Notes: generated by a model from the letters alone, not told the origin. DNA of 62,912 nt, filler included, from Salisapilia sapeloensis CBS 127946 (GCA_023334545.1; 5 parts of 5 records of this genome joined end to end with filler, not necessarily neighbours in it), one strand, 5' to 3'; counted from the first letter of the whole stretch, positions 23,667 through 35,331 are shown. Made by a program: numbers and translations.

Positions 23667-23701
23667 CTTTCGATTGCTCCGGCCTTCCTTTAAACTAATG
23701 T

Positions 23702-23711
23702 GGAAATGAGC
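23702..23711 (-). promoter_or_regulatory. Oomycete initiator (INR) of the protease gene
   Basis: GCTCATTTCC on the minus strand, about 40 nt upstream of the ATG; matches the first 10 positions of the oomycete consensus GCTCATTYYNCAWTTT. Confidence 0.5.
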
Positions 23712-24624
23712 TTTGTTTCCCAGGAATGACGAGAATACGAGAATTTATAACTGTCATTATAGTCATGACATCAAAGGGACTATCTTCTACATGGAGGGTA
23801 CCATATCTTTTTTCGAATTGAACAGGAGGTTTGATCGTTTTGCATTTTTGCGATTGATATCACAAGCTCCAGTTTCTATTAGAATGTACTTCGCTGGAGG
23901 TAGGTCCGGAGTTACTGAAAAGAGAAGCAACTATTAGGATCAAAGATGCGCTTCTGCTCTGTCTGATGAGTACATCAACACGATAGGTAGTTTTAAGGCT
24001 GTATAAAGCAGTATGGTGGTGGATAATCTGACAAGATAGTCAAAAGTATTGTTTCGATTAGCAAGGTTGCTTGGAAATTACGCAGATAGACAGTCTGGAT
24101 GTTAGTGTAGGAACACCATTCTAGCTGTATCAGTTTACCTGGTTCAGGATACACAATTAAGGAGTTGGTATGCGTTGACGACTTTGATCAAAATCCGATC
24201 GTAGTTCAGGTTTGGACGGAAGACTGTGCGGAGTTTACGTATGGACTCGCTTTCGACCATCCAAACTGCTTAGTTTCTTGGAGTTAGTTTCATTCCCGTA
24301 GAAACAAGTAGCAAAAGTCAAAAATCAAGACAATATTCGCGAACAGATCTACTGGTATGTGCGAGAAATGTAGAGGTTAGATGAAGCTAACGAGAAGAAT
24401 TGCTACCGATATTTTCGGCATCACGACCATAAGCATAAGACTTTTAATATTTGCGACAACTAGTTTTAAGTATCTTTCTTTGAGGATATCCACCGCCGAC
24501 AAAACATTCTTCATGCCGATAAAGGAACGTGGATACCTTGCTCTCCTTGCCCACGACGATGAATGCTAGTCAAATCGTTACGGCAAGCCATACAAAACCA
24601 TCTCCTTGCCAGTAGGCCGTCAAA

Positions 24625-24765
24625 TTTATTAAAGATGCAATCTCTGGTTATTATGCCAAAAAGTAACCTCGGTCGCTCGACAAAAGTGCGCATGCAGGCA
24701 TACTTCTGCCAATCTCGATAAGCAATCCAGACTTTAAGCATCGATTCTTGAAGAGTCGTATGGAG
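24625..24765 (-). repeat. 141-bp inverted repeat, copy 2 (contig end)
   Basis: Exact reverse complement of 1-141; abuts the N spacer. Confidence 0.95.
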
Positions 24766-24865
24766 NNNNNNNNNNNNNNNNNNNNNNNNNNNNNNNNNNN
24801 NNNNNNNNNTTAATTAATTAANNNNNNNNNNNNNNNNNNNNNNNNNNNNNNNNNNNNNNNNNNNN
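24766..24865. other. Artificial contig spacer (44N-TTAATTAATTAA-44N)
   Basis: Six-frame stop linker at 24810-24821; an identical 100-bp spacer occurs four times. Confidence 0.97.
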
Positions 24866-25168
24866 GTTCGTTCGCTGTGCCTGCCCTGGACGACTTACTC
24901 GATACCGTCGTATCGGTCTAAATATAATCCAATTCGAGATAGAGATACTTTCGGAACCATGAAGGGAATGGAATACATCCAGGCCGAGTTCGCCGCCGCC
25001 ATAGCGGCCGCAGTGGTGACTTTGATATTCTCGAAAATTTTGTAATCCCTCAGCAATGCCTCTAGCACTAACTTTAGTTTCGACATACTTAATATTTAAA
25101 AAGGAACAATGGTAGGTATGATCACTCTAATTTTAATTATCACGGTATCGCATACTTTTCCACTTTGC

Positions 25169-27089
25169 TCATCGCGATTTCTTTTGCTCCACTGTTCCTG
25201 TCGACTCATCAAACCGCTCCGACAATGCACTTGCAGCCGCACCAATCATCTCTTCCCGCCGCTGCACACTTTTATGAGTTCTCAAAGAGCCATTCCCCAT
25301 CGGCCGCCGTCCACTTGCACTGTCTGCTTTCCTCTTGCCAGCACTACTACTAGTCTGTCTAATAGGCGTCCGATCCGATGCTCCAGACGAAAGTCGATGT
25401 TGGACAAGGACAGACCGAATGGATGCTTTCACCGCTCGAAGAAAGTGGCGGAACCATAGGAAGGGTACAGTCCATTGTATGAAGAGGTAGACCACAAGTG
25501 CCACGAGTAGGTACTTGTTCGGGACGATGATATGCAGGACACAGCTGACGATTAAGAGAAGCACGACTTTCGCAGTGTAGTATGGATCCTCCCATGAGAA
25601 CATGACTTCTAGGTTCGTGAAGATGCTAGACCACCACGCCAAGTTGTTCTGAACAGACTGAAGCGTCCGCTTGGTCTCCTGATCGATCGTCACGTGTGTC
25701 ATTCGGTTCATCAAGTGATTAAATCCAGACGGTAGATTATAGTAGCTAAAGCCACTTCCATCATTTGATGTCGGTGCCACGCTCGCAGGTGTACTGCCAA
25801 CAGCAGTAGAGAAGGACTGAACATTCATCTCAAAGTAGTTTCGTAGAGCGAACGCAAGCAGACCTACGTGGAGTATGACAGGAAGCCATTGAATCGATAG
25901 GCATAGCCAAATACAGACAATAAAGCAAATGAACGTATGAGACGGTTGCTCCCAATTGAGCGTTGGTAGGATGGCCCATACGACTTCCAAGTACGGCCAG
26001 AGGTCATCCAGGAGGACCCAAAAGTTGCTGTACAATTGAGCTACTTGGAACTCTGGCCAGTCATACAAGTACTCTTGCTCTCGAGCATAATGCGAACAGA
26101 ATTCGGCTACGCGCGAGAATTTATAATGCAATAGGATATGAAGTCGTCCGGCTCGTGCATCATTATTCCATCCCATCCGGTGCAGTTTCTCGGGCAGCAT
26201 GAGATCTAGCCATTTATTATGTCGGCGTTGATCCATGAGCTCTGTAAGAGGAATGGAAACCTCGCCTAGCTTGGTCGGCTGACTTAACTGGCCGTGGTTG
26301 TAGACCTGTAGAGTCAGTTCTGCGCCAGGTGCACAAACATTAAAGATAAACGTTTCGTGCCAACGTGGATTGAGCGTTCGAGACTTTTTGTTCGTACATT
26401 TGACTTTCTTCAGGTCCGGCCCCCATTCTTGTCCGTGGCTCCATTTGCCAGATAGAATAACACGAACGAATGGATCGCTCGTGATCGAGTCTGTGGATGG
26501 CAGACCAATAGCTTCGACGACTTTGACGTACAACTGACCTATGTGGACCCGCCCTTCGACCACAGGATCTGGTTTACTTGATGTGGACTAGGATGGATAA
26601 GTAGATGGTATTGGCGATACGTGCGACGAGAGCCGTACCTCAGAGCCAGAGTGGTCAGACCATTCCAAGGAAGAGAAATGCTCATCTACAGCAGCGTAGC
26701 ACGTATTGCACACTCGCATCGGCTACAAGTGTGAATGAGATAGGGTGCTTTTAATCCGTGATTACAACATCATACGAATGGATCGGATGCAAGGATACGA
26801 CGCTTATGTGGGGAACAGTTCGCGCATATAACATTGCCACATCTCCTGCAGTGATGCTACTTGTATAAGCATCTTTAATAGTTGTCAAGGTTACAAAGGA
26901 GCTAGTATATCTTACTTTTCGCGTGAGAATGGTGAAGGGCGTATTGCAACTCATACAGTTGGTCGTATCGTCGTCATGGACCCACTGGAGGGCTCTTTCA
27001 CCACCTCCATTCGCAGTGGTGACCAAGGCTCCTCCATGAGCCGTTTGACGTATCCCTGTGGCAGGTAAGTCATCGAATAAGCTCGCCAT
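25169..27089 (-). CDS. FYVE + C2 + C-terminal membrane region (MCTP/PRT_C-like) protein, about 585 aa
   Basis: Exons 27089-26916, 26856-26776, 26722-26639, 26587-25169, all phase 0. FYVE WVHD..CMSC..TRKHHCRRCG..CANC..RVCNTC; C2 SDPFVRV..TLNPRWHETF; two hydrophobic hairpin segments. Confidence 0.88.
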
Positions 27090-27405
27090 CGCACCAAATC
27101 AGCTCAATGGCGCTTATGTATCTGATTCGCTTGCGTGGTCTCTGCTACTTTTATCCTTTACCCTCTTGTATGGCTAAAATTGATAAAAACAAGTAAATTC
27201 GTTTTAGACAAATAACAAACGTTTCAAAATTGACTCCAAGTGTGCCACGTACCTCGTCTTGTAAAAGTAGCTACAAAGCATACATTTAATCTTGATGGTA
27301 ATTGCAGATTCATTGGAACAAAGACCATCTTTGGGCACAAGTCAGGATTGCAAGCAGTCCGACTTTCGCCAGTTCGCGTCTGGAGCTGACACTTTACGAT
27401 TGGAA

Positions 27406-29152
27406 ATGACTGCAGACACGGACCAAGAGCTCCGACAGCGGAGAAAAGCTGATCAAATGGATCCTCTTGGCACGAAGACTGTCGACGGTGAAGACCAATG
27501 CGACGCTTTGGAAGATGATGACAAGTCGGATTGGCCATCGATCTTGCTACTGCTATTGCTGTACACACTGCAAGGCATTCCCATGGGCCTTTCTTCCAGC
27601 ATCCCATTTCTCTTGCAAGAAAAGGTAGATCCTATACTCTGTCTAGACCAACTTTCCATCTGAATGCACTTGACTAGGTCAATTACGCCGATCAAGCCAC
27701 CTTTAGCTTCGTCTCGTGGCCCTTTAGCCTTAAACTCTTGTGGGCTCCATTCGTCGATTCTATGTATAGCACTCGCTTTGGTAGACGTAAATCATGGCTC
27801 GTACCTGTTCAATTCGTTTGCGCTGCTCTTATGATCGGTGGTAGCCTCTTCATCGGCGACTTGCTAGGTGAAGGCGATCCAACCGCCAAGCCTCATGTGA
27901 ACTACCTCACGGTCTTCTTCTTCATTCTCTACTTTATGATGGCAACACAGGACATTGCAGTCGACGGATGGGCGCTCACGATGTTATCCCCCAAGAGCGT
28001 CGGTCATGCCTCCACCTGTAACACAGTCGGTCAGACCATTGGTTTCTTCGTTGCGTACGTTGGTTTCCTAGCTTTGCATGACCCAGCTACTTGCAACGCA
28101 TACTTTCGTCTCGAACCAAACGAGAACGAAGGTATCGTGACGCTACCTGGCTTTATGAACTTTTGGGGATGGGTCATGGCGATCACGACTGTCGGTGTCT
28201 GGCTTCTTAAGAAAGAGGAGCCGGAAAAACACCCGGAGCAGCTTTCCATTGTCGAAACTTATAAACAGCTAGGTAGTGTCATGAGCCTCTCGAGCGTCAT
28301 GGAACTCTCGGCCATGCAACTAACGAGTCGTATGGGCTTTGCTGCTGCCGAGAGCGTCGCTTCTCTTAAACTCGTCGAGTACGGCTTCAAGAAGGAACAA
28401 ATGGCTTTGTTAACACCCATCCTCATTCCGTTTGGCATTGCTATTCCGATCTACCTCGGATCACGGATTAAACCAGATCGACCGCTCGACCTGTACTTGC
28501 TCGGCTATCCGTTCCGACTCATGATGGGGATCTTGTATGCTCTGATCGTGTACTGGACACCAGGGATGATGTCTAGTGACGACGAGACGTGGCACATGTA
28601 CTTTTTCCTCTTCATTGCGTTTAGTGGAGCTCTTCATGAAGTCACGACCAACATGATGTACGTCCCACAGGTACGAAGACACTTGCTGATGTAAGTCGAA
28701 AGGTATTTTATCAGTCTTATTAGATGGCATTTTACGCTCGGATCAGTGACCCAGCCATTGGAGGCACGTACATGACCTTTTTGAATACCGTCACGAACCT
28801 CGGCGCCAAGGTATTTTTGCCTAGTACCTTATCTCGACACTATCTAATGAAACTCTAGTGGCCGGCATCCTTGAGTCTCGCGTTGGTGGACTACTTGACG
28901 ACACGTGAGTGTGTTGGTGGCAAGACGCATGAAGAAGTGCTGTCGATCGGGTCGCACACGTGCTCTGACTTGGAAGAACGAGAACTGTGTGCGTCTGCTG
29001 GTGGCGAGTGCATCATCATCCAAGACGGCTTCTACGTCGAAGTCGCCGTTTGCACGGTCATCGGCGTTCTGTGGCTACTCTTCTACTACCGACGCATCCA
29101 TCGTCTACAAGACTTGGCCTTGGACCAATGGCGTGTTGTCAAAACCGATTAG
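27406..29152 (+). CDS. SLC33A1: Acetyl-CoA transporter 1 (Acatn, MFS), about 530 aa
   Basis: Exons 27406-27624, 27678-28670, 28724-28810, 28859-29152. Motifs LYTLQGIPMGL, WPFSLKLLWAPFVDS, GRRKSWLVP, ATQDIAVDGWALTML. Confidence 0.93.
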
Positions 29153-29191
29153 AATATATTTTCAGAACGACTACGTTTTCATTGTCCTTGT

Positions 29192-30478
29192 TCATTGGGA
29201 CGCCGCGAGCGTCGATCGAAAGACGTCTTGCGGCGCAAAGTCCAGACGTAGCTTGGGTTTCGTCCGTTGTCCATGTCGATGGGCCGAGTCTAAAGTCCGT
29301 CGGAAGCGTTCGAGTTGAGCAGCTAATTCCGAGTCGTCTTCATCTTCAAATTGAGATTCTTGGAACACGGCGCTCGGATCTTGTTGGGCTAACCTGACCT
29401 TCTCCGCCACTTCCCTCGACCTCCATCCAGGTGCATTCGACTCGTCTGCATCGTGAGTGTCGGACGTGTCCTGTGTCTTTGGTTTGTCCATCTCGACTAT
29501 CGCTTTCTTCTGTCGACGCTTCTTCTTCCGCTTCTTCTTGGACGTTGTCTCATCTTTTTTATTCGCATCGCCATTGATGAACTCGACTAATTCATCGACA
29601 CTCGGTTGTTCCAATTCAACGAACTCGTACTCTTCGCTGTCCAAATGCGGCTCAAAGGCATTTAAAAGATCGATATCAATTTCACTGCGTACTATCATTT
29701 GATATGAGAATGTGGTAGCTAGATAGACAGTACAAGTCTTACAATCGCAATTGTCCGTGTCTTCGAGTCCGAACTTTTGTTTAATTTCGTCCGCAGCTTC
29801 CGTCGCAAACATGATTTCTTCAATGGAACCACACGTGAGGTCGACGAGGGATTGTATATCCAAATGCGACGCTACCTAAAAGCGTTTGTAATTAATGCGA
29901 AAGAAGACAAAGATAGCGAGCAAGAGGTACTTTGGCAACGTCACATAGGGTCTTGGAGTCCAAATCAACGTACTGGGCTTCCCAATCGACCATTCGTTGG
30001 CCGTCTCCATCCATCTCCTTTGCATACAAGCATCTAGACGTGTGTGAATACGATAGCAAGTGCACTTGTAGGGAAAAAAGTTACCTGCAGTAGTCCAAGG
30101 CAATCCGAATGCTTTCACTCGGGACGTCAAACACGGGAATTGTATGCTTTTTCAACGGTCCTTTTGCCTTCTTATCTGGCACATCTACATGAAGCATGTC
30201 AGGTATGTAGACTGGCGTTTTATTGATAGTGAAATACCATGCATGAGCGTCCACAAGGTATTCGACGCCATGGCTTCTTCCGGTTGAACGGTAAAGACGC
30301 TACCATCCGAGCACGTGAGCTGTATACTGGTCGTAGGTTTGGCATCCTCTGCATCTGGACTTGTCCAGTCATCCACGCTGTCGTCCTGCGTGGTCGTCGA
30401 AGATGCGATGGAGGCTGCGAATGGTGCTAATCGACGTTCAACACGCTGCGCTTGTACTGACGACTCCATCGAAGACAT
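29192..30478 (-). CDS. SKP1-like protein with a long C-terminal extension (ASK20/21-type architecture), about 358 aa
   Basis: Exons 30478-30238, 30184-30085, 30033-29931, 29875-29743, 29691-29192. Skp1 POZ (IQLTCSDGSVFTV) and dimerisation (VASHLDIQSLVDLTC) motifs, then VDELVEFING-KKKRKKKRR. Confidence 0.75.
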
Positions 30479-31918
30479 GCGCACGGTCGAAACGTGTTGT
30501 GGATGCTAGTGCAGACCTATACACTTGGAGAACGGATGCGCCACGATGCCACGGCAGCCGGCGACTTGTCTTCTTCCAATTTTCTGCCCGCGGTCGCTCT
30601 ATATGGCACAACACTGGTACAGGTTTCACTGGCCATTTATAGCTGGGTCTAGTTTGCATAGGAGTATCGCTGTGGATGTGGAGTGGCAACACTGGTAGAA
30701 CAGACGAGACGAGGTATATTCGCAGAAGTTTCGTTGAGTGCATTTGGTTATACGATCTGCGAGAAGTTTGTCATGTAGCTGCTTCCCCTTCTCACGACTT
30801 GTATCCATGTCAATATCACTTAACATTGTCATGACATTTGATGATCTGTGCCAAAAGGTATTGAACAAGCGGTATGCTCATCTGATCAAGTTGGATAGTG
30901 TCGCCTCGCTCCGATCAGTTGCTATCGCACTTTTTCTCACGATTGCTTAGCAACGCGACGAATGACCTAGGCAGATCGCAGTTTGTAGTTGGCATGTGGG
31001 TGCACGATGCGGTAGAGCTAGAGTCAAGCATGCTGATTCATCTGGTCACCTATCGCTTTGTCGGAAAAAGAGGCAGTGATTGCGACGCGAATAAACGAGT
31101 GCAAAGCAGTACGCTAACGAGACTACAAAATAAAGAAGATAGAATGAGTTAGTATGAGAGTAGAAAGGAATAAAGAGGAAGGTGTATTATCTCGGATTGA
31201 TACTCTCTAGTCTGCATGTGATGCGGCGTTAAACAAGTAGTAGATAATAATAAGAATTGCAGGACAAAACGACAGACTTGGTGTTTGTACGAGAGTGGAC
31301 AGACCGTAACTTTGTACATAAGCAGTATAGATAACATGGATCTATAATGGATATGTGTCGAGAGAGTTACTTGTATTCTAGACGAATGCACTCAAAGTAG
31401 TATATGAAATCACTCAGCTATTTTCGTGCACGACAAAGCTACAAGCCGGTTTATTGGTCATGCTACTTTATATGCTACCTCCCAAGTACCTCCAACTTCT
31501 TCATGATTGATAAAAGCAAACACTGAACCAATGTACGTGAATTTCATGAATTGGACTCGTGTCTTGCATTTGAAGCCTTTGCTGGTCAGTTTCTCCAAGT
31601 TACCACTTCAACAGACTTTTTATCCCATTTACATACGTTGATCATACACAGACAGCGATTGGCAACGTGCAGAGTAGATGCGGCTCGTATAAGCATCAGT
31701 GAGTATACGGCGCTCTAACTTATCCTAGTGTGTGTCGCAAGTAGAACAAGTAACAGTGGTATATGGTATATGTATAAAGAATAGTTGTAAAGCAAAATGA
31801 CGTCAAAATGATGGAAAACTTGAAGCAAAACTGAGCATTTGTACAAACAGAACGGTTTCCATCTATCATTCCTTCGTTCCCTTAGCCGCGATGTCGACTA
31901 GCTTTACAACACATGTAT

Positions 31919-32725
31919 TTAGTGCGCGTCGCAGTCTGGGTGAACCGCGGCCGGAGTCTCGGATGCAGGGGATTCCGTGGGCACCATAGTCGGTGCTTCC
32001 GTTGGAGCAGGGGTTGCTGCCGGAGCAGGAGCTTGCGTTGGAGGCTCAGTCGGGGCCTCTGTGGGAGCATCGGTTGGGGCAGGAGTTGCGGCCGGAGTAG
32101 GAGCTTGTGTGGGAGGCTCAGTCGGGGCCTCCGTTGGTGCATCTGTAGGTGCATCCGTCGGTGCAGGAGTTATGTCCGCTTCTTTTCCGTATGTATCGTC
32201 ACCGCTTTCACACTCTTCTGCTGTGCTCTTACCAAAGTCCTGTGCCCAGTAATGACTGTACTGACTTTTCGCGTTGAAAGCGTACCCTCCTCCAAACTGG
32301 TTGTAGTCACCCATGATATTCTTACGGTGTCCTGGAGACTTCATCCAGGCATCCATAACTGCCTCAACGTCGACTTGTCCGGCAGCAACGTTTTCAGCGA
32401 TTTTAGAATAGTCATAACTTGTAGCCTGGATGCGACTTGTCATGGTCGAACCGTTGTCCGGAGAAGTGTGGTCCATGTAGTCATTTTGGGCTTCATCGTC
32501 CGCGTGGAGCTGAGCTGCACGCTTGAGCTTAGAGTTTATGCAAAGTGGTCCCTTGCCTTCCTTTGCACGCTCCGCGTTCAGGCGTTGCAGCATTTGCTGT
32601 TGGAAGTCATCAGGACTGCCGTATGTCTCTCCATCCTGCAGGAGTCGGGCTTCTTGGCGAAGGCTCGAAGCGGAAGCCATCGCGACGGTCGCGGCCGTGA
32701 AAAGGATGATTTTAGAAAGCTGCAT
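31919..32725 (-). CDS. Secreted CAP/SCP (YkwD-like) protein with a Thr/Pro/Ala-rich mucin tail, 268 aa
   Basis: Signal peptide MQLSKIILFTAATVAMA; CAP motifs LNAERAKEG, AENVAAG, WMKSPGHRKNI, YWAQDFG. Start supported by the INR-FPR element upstream. Confidence 0.92.
   Translation of the reverse strand: MQLSKIILFTAATVAMASASSLRQEARLLQDGETYGSPDDFQQQMLQRLNAERAKEGKGPLCINSKLKRAAQLHADDEAQNDYMDHTSPDNGSTMTSRIQATSYDYSKIAENVAAGQVDVEAVMDAWMKSPGHRKNIMGDYNQFGGGYAFNAKSQYSHYWAQDFGKSTAEECESGDDTYGKEADITPAPTDAPTDAPTEAPTEPPTQAPTPAATPAPTDAPTEAPTEPPTQAPAPAATPAPTEAPTMVPTESPASETPAAVHPDCDAH
31977..32165 (-). repeat. Imperfect 72-bp tandem repeat (about 2.5 copies) encoding TEPPTQAPTPAATPAPTDAPTEAP
   Basis: Recurring ggaggctcagtcggggcct anchors 72 bp apart. 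Confidence 0.8.
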
Positions 32726-32770
32726 TGTTGTTGAGAGAGTAGATGGAAGAGGAGGTCGGTGCTTGAAAGA

Positions 32771-32786
32771 CAATTGCGGAATGAGC
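32771..32786 (-). promoter_or_regulatory. Oomycete INR-FPR core promoter
   Basis: GCTCATTCCGCAATTG matches the consensus GCTCATTYYNCAWTTT at 15/16 positions, 46-61 nt upstream of the CAP gene ATG. Confidence 0.85.
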
Positions 32787-34487
32787 AGTACCCTCGATTT
32801 GCCCCAGCACAACAGACGAACGTTGTCAAGCCACAAGTTGTTCACAATGCAACGATATGTTGCTATATACATGTGTTCGGTTAACCTGGTCCTGAACTTT
32901 AGAGTAGAGCATTTATATGATGAAGAAGAAATAGACAGAGTAACATCATCATTACCACAAACTGGGAACCCGCTTTTTTCCTGCGTGATCCCAAGATGAA
33001 AGCCACGAACAAAACTGACTGCATTTGACTTTGGCTGATGGCAATGTCGCAACCGTGCCGCCAATGGGGTATAGTCAGCTATCGGTCACCACATGATACT
33101 CATATGCATTTCGTGATTTTTCCTTTCCTAAAAGGAAATAATGCGAGAGGAATAGGAAGTCGTACAGTTTTTCTATTTCCGGATAAATCAACTTTCTCGA
33201 TAGATTCTGGTGCTCACCGCAGTACCTCATCAAATGTATACTATGTCACGTGCGACGACACTTGTCAAACCAAGACATACGTGTAATATCGGTTAGTCGT
33301 AGCCCTTAGTCATCTCAGGGAACTTTCCTCAGCACCACATGGGCAAAGGTTGAAGCTGTTGGTTTTCCATGCTCAGCATCGTGACCTTCAGTGCGTGAGC
33401 ATGGTTGACATTTGTACATTCGAATATGCATGTACACCCATCAATACCGGCGTTAGCTATTACTTTCGTATGCGCGTATCATAGATAACATGCAAGAGCG
33501 TAGGAAAAGATACCCAGTGCACTTGCATACAACTTTGAATGTACGAGAGCATATACACACGTCTAGCACGGAAACTCTGCATTCTCATCCGACACTCTTG
33601 ACTTTCCATGCTTTTGCCAACTGTAGGCAAATACCTTTTCGCTGCTTTGTAAAACGCATTGGATGTCGAACCACAGGCTTAAACAATACAAGACACTCGC
33701 CAGCTAAGAACACCAATGCGTTCATACCGTCTATGATCGATACCTAATACCCCTGCTCAATTAGACATACCTCAAGTGGACGATGAGATGTCGGATAAAT
33801 CGGCACGCCATCTCGTCCTTACGAAGTTTAGCATACATCTACCCTGAAATACCTTCGAATCCTTCGCATAAGCCATTAACGATCCATGTGCTATGACGCA
33901 ACAATATAAAATAATCGTATCCACGAGATATGTGCCGTGTATCTCTTGATTTCGTGAAACTGGTATGTACGCAAATCTGTCGAGTACGACATTGAAAGAT
34001 CGACAATCATAATGTCGTTCACGATTGCTAAACAAAGTTGTAAGTTTTGGAGTTATGAGAAGTGTTGAAATGAATAAATTGGACGGATCCATCCCTCGCG
34101 ATCCTCCTGTGCGAGAAACGATGATAAATGAATTCGGTCTTCTAGGTTGCTAGTACCGCGTTCGATGCTTTACGCGTACATCTCGACTTTGCGCATGCTA
34201 GAGCGATCTGGTTGCATTCTATGCTCAAACATGACTAGAGGCACTCTCATTTATTCCAGCCATCGCATGTGATTGGAGCATATAGGCTGTATACACCTAG
34301 AGCAATTCGTGCACTTCGAATAAGGCCGGCGTCATGAAATTTACTAAATCGCTCGGCCAGATTTGAAGGCGCCTCACGCTGCATCGGCAGTTTGGTGTCT
34401 GAATCGGTACGAAGTCTTGGTGCAGCTTATCGCGTAGGGTGGTGTCATTCATGATTAAAAGCTGACATTATTTTTTAAATAAGATAA

Positions 34488-34587
34488 NNNNNNNNNNNNN
34501 NNNNNNNNNNNNNNNNNNNNNNNNNNNNNNNTTAATTAATTAANNNNNNNNNNNNNNNNNNNNNNNNNNNNNNNNNNNNNNNNNNNN
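34488..34587. other. Artificial contig spacer
   Basis: 44N-TTAATTAATTAA(34532-34543)-44N. Confidence 0.97.
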
Positions 34588-34816
34588 GACGAGCAAACCC
34601 GTGGAACGGCTGGCCGTCAACGTCCCCAAACGTCGGGAAGACAATGGGGATGCCACCATAAACGAGGTCTTGGCCATCCAGCACGGCCTCCTTGGACACG
34701 AAGAGGACATTGCGAGACGGATCTTGGGCGGTCGAGAAGTGTATGATGTTAGCACCGTTCTTATGCACTTCGACACGTGCACCAGAAGGATGGGAAAGTT
34801 TTACGATATTGCTCAT
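34588..34816 (-). CDS. Glucose-6-phosphate 1-epimerase (aldose epimerase family), 5' fragment truncated by the gap
   Basis: NVLFVSKEAVLDG...GGIPIVFPTFG...FHGFAR is the family N-terminal signature; the ORF runs into the Ns. Confidence 0.85.
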
Positions 34817-35331
34817 GATGAGAAAGGAGAGACGTACTCGGTATACCGGCAATTGACTTGTGGATCCACGTGCACATCCTCCAACCTTCAACTTGGAAGC
34901 GTTTATGCACTTATCTAGAAACTTCAAGTCGAAGCAACCTTGAAGAGACGGATAGATGGTCCATTTAGTTTTATGAGGCACCAAACGACTTGCTCAGCGT
35001 CTAAGCTATTATATTCAACGTTAATGAATGTACTCAATTTATAGACGTCTAAATTGGAGATGAGATTTTTGGCGTTTTAGTCGACATATAAGCTCACCCT
35101 ACTTGGCGCACGGGCCAGAATTGTTTGAAATCCTGTTGTGAATGGTTCGAGTAGCTCTCCAGACGTCGATTCAACCCATTTTACCTCTTGTCGACAATCT
35201 TATCCTACTTGATAGATAGCTAGAGTACCATGGCAACAAGGTCAAGACAGGAGTCTGCAATACGAGTCTTTGTTGTTCACTTCACACTAGCCTCGACAAA
35301 AGGTACCTCTGCAATGATTTGTACAACGAAA

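Noticed and set aside
1-24765. Giant TIR transposon or linear element carrying the 24.8-kb block
   Set aside because: No transposase, integrase or polymerase inside; the cargo is core housekeeping genes; a collapsed-repeat contig break is simpler.
24810-24821. TTAATTAATTAA as a biological motif
   Set aside because: Always centred in 44N flanks; it is an assembly linker with stops in all six frames.
24895-25086. 63-aa ORF at the start of contig 2
   Set aside because: No recognisable motif and no convincing splice model; next to a gap, so it cannot be supported.
30626-30868. Small ORFs upstream of the SKP1-like gene
   Set aside because: No motifs and no in-frame splice route to the SKP1-like CDS found.
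32640-32670. RxLR effector motif in the CAP protein (SLRQEARLLQ)
   Set aside because: Does not fit R-x-L-R and has no dEER; the domain is a standard CAP.
31913-32734. 273-aa plus-strand ORF (and similar long antisense ORFs over CUL1, INPP4 and the WW-PH gene)
   Set aside because: Shadow ORFs of GC-rich, repetitive sense coding sequence.
35104-35152. tRNA or SINE (TGGCGCACGG ... GGTTCGAGT)
   Set aside because: Box spacing is short, the B box is incomplete, and no acceptor or anticodon stems form.
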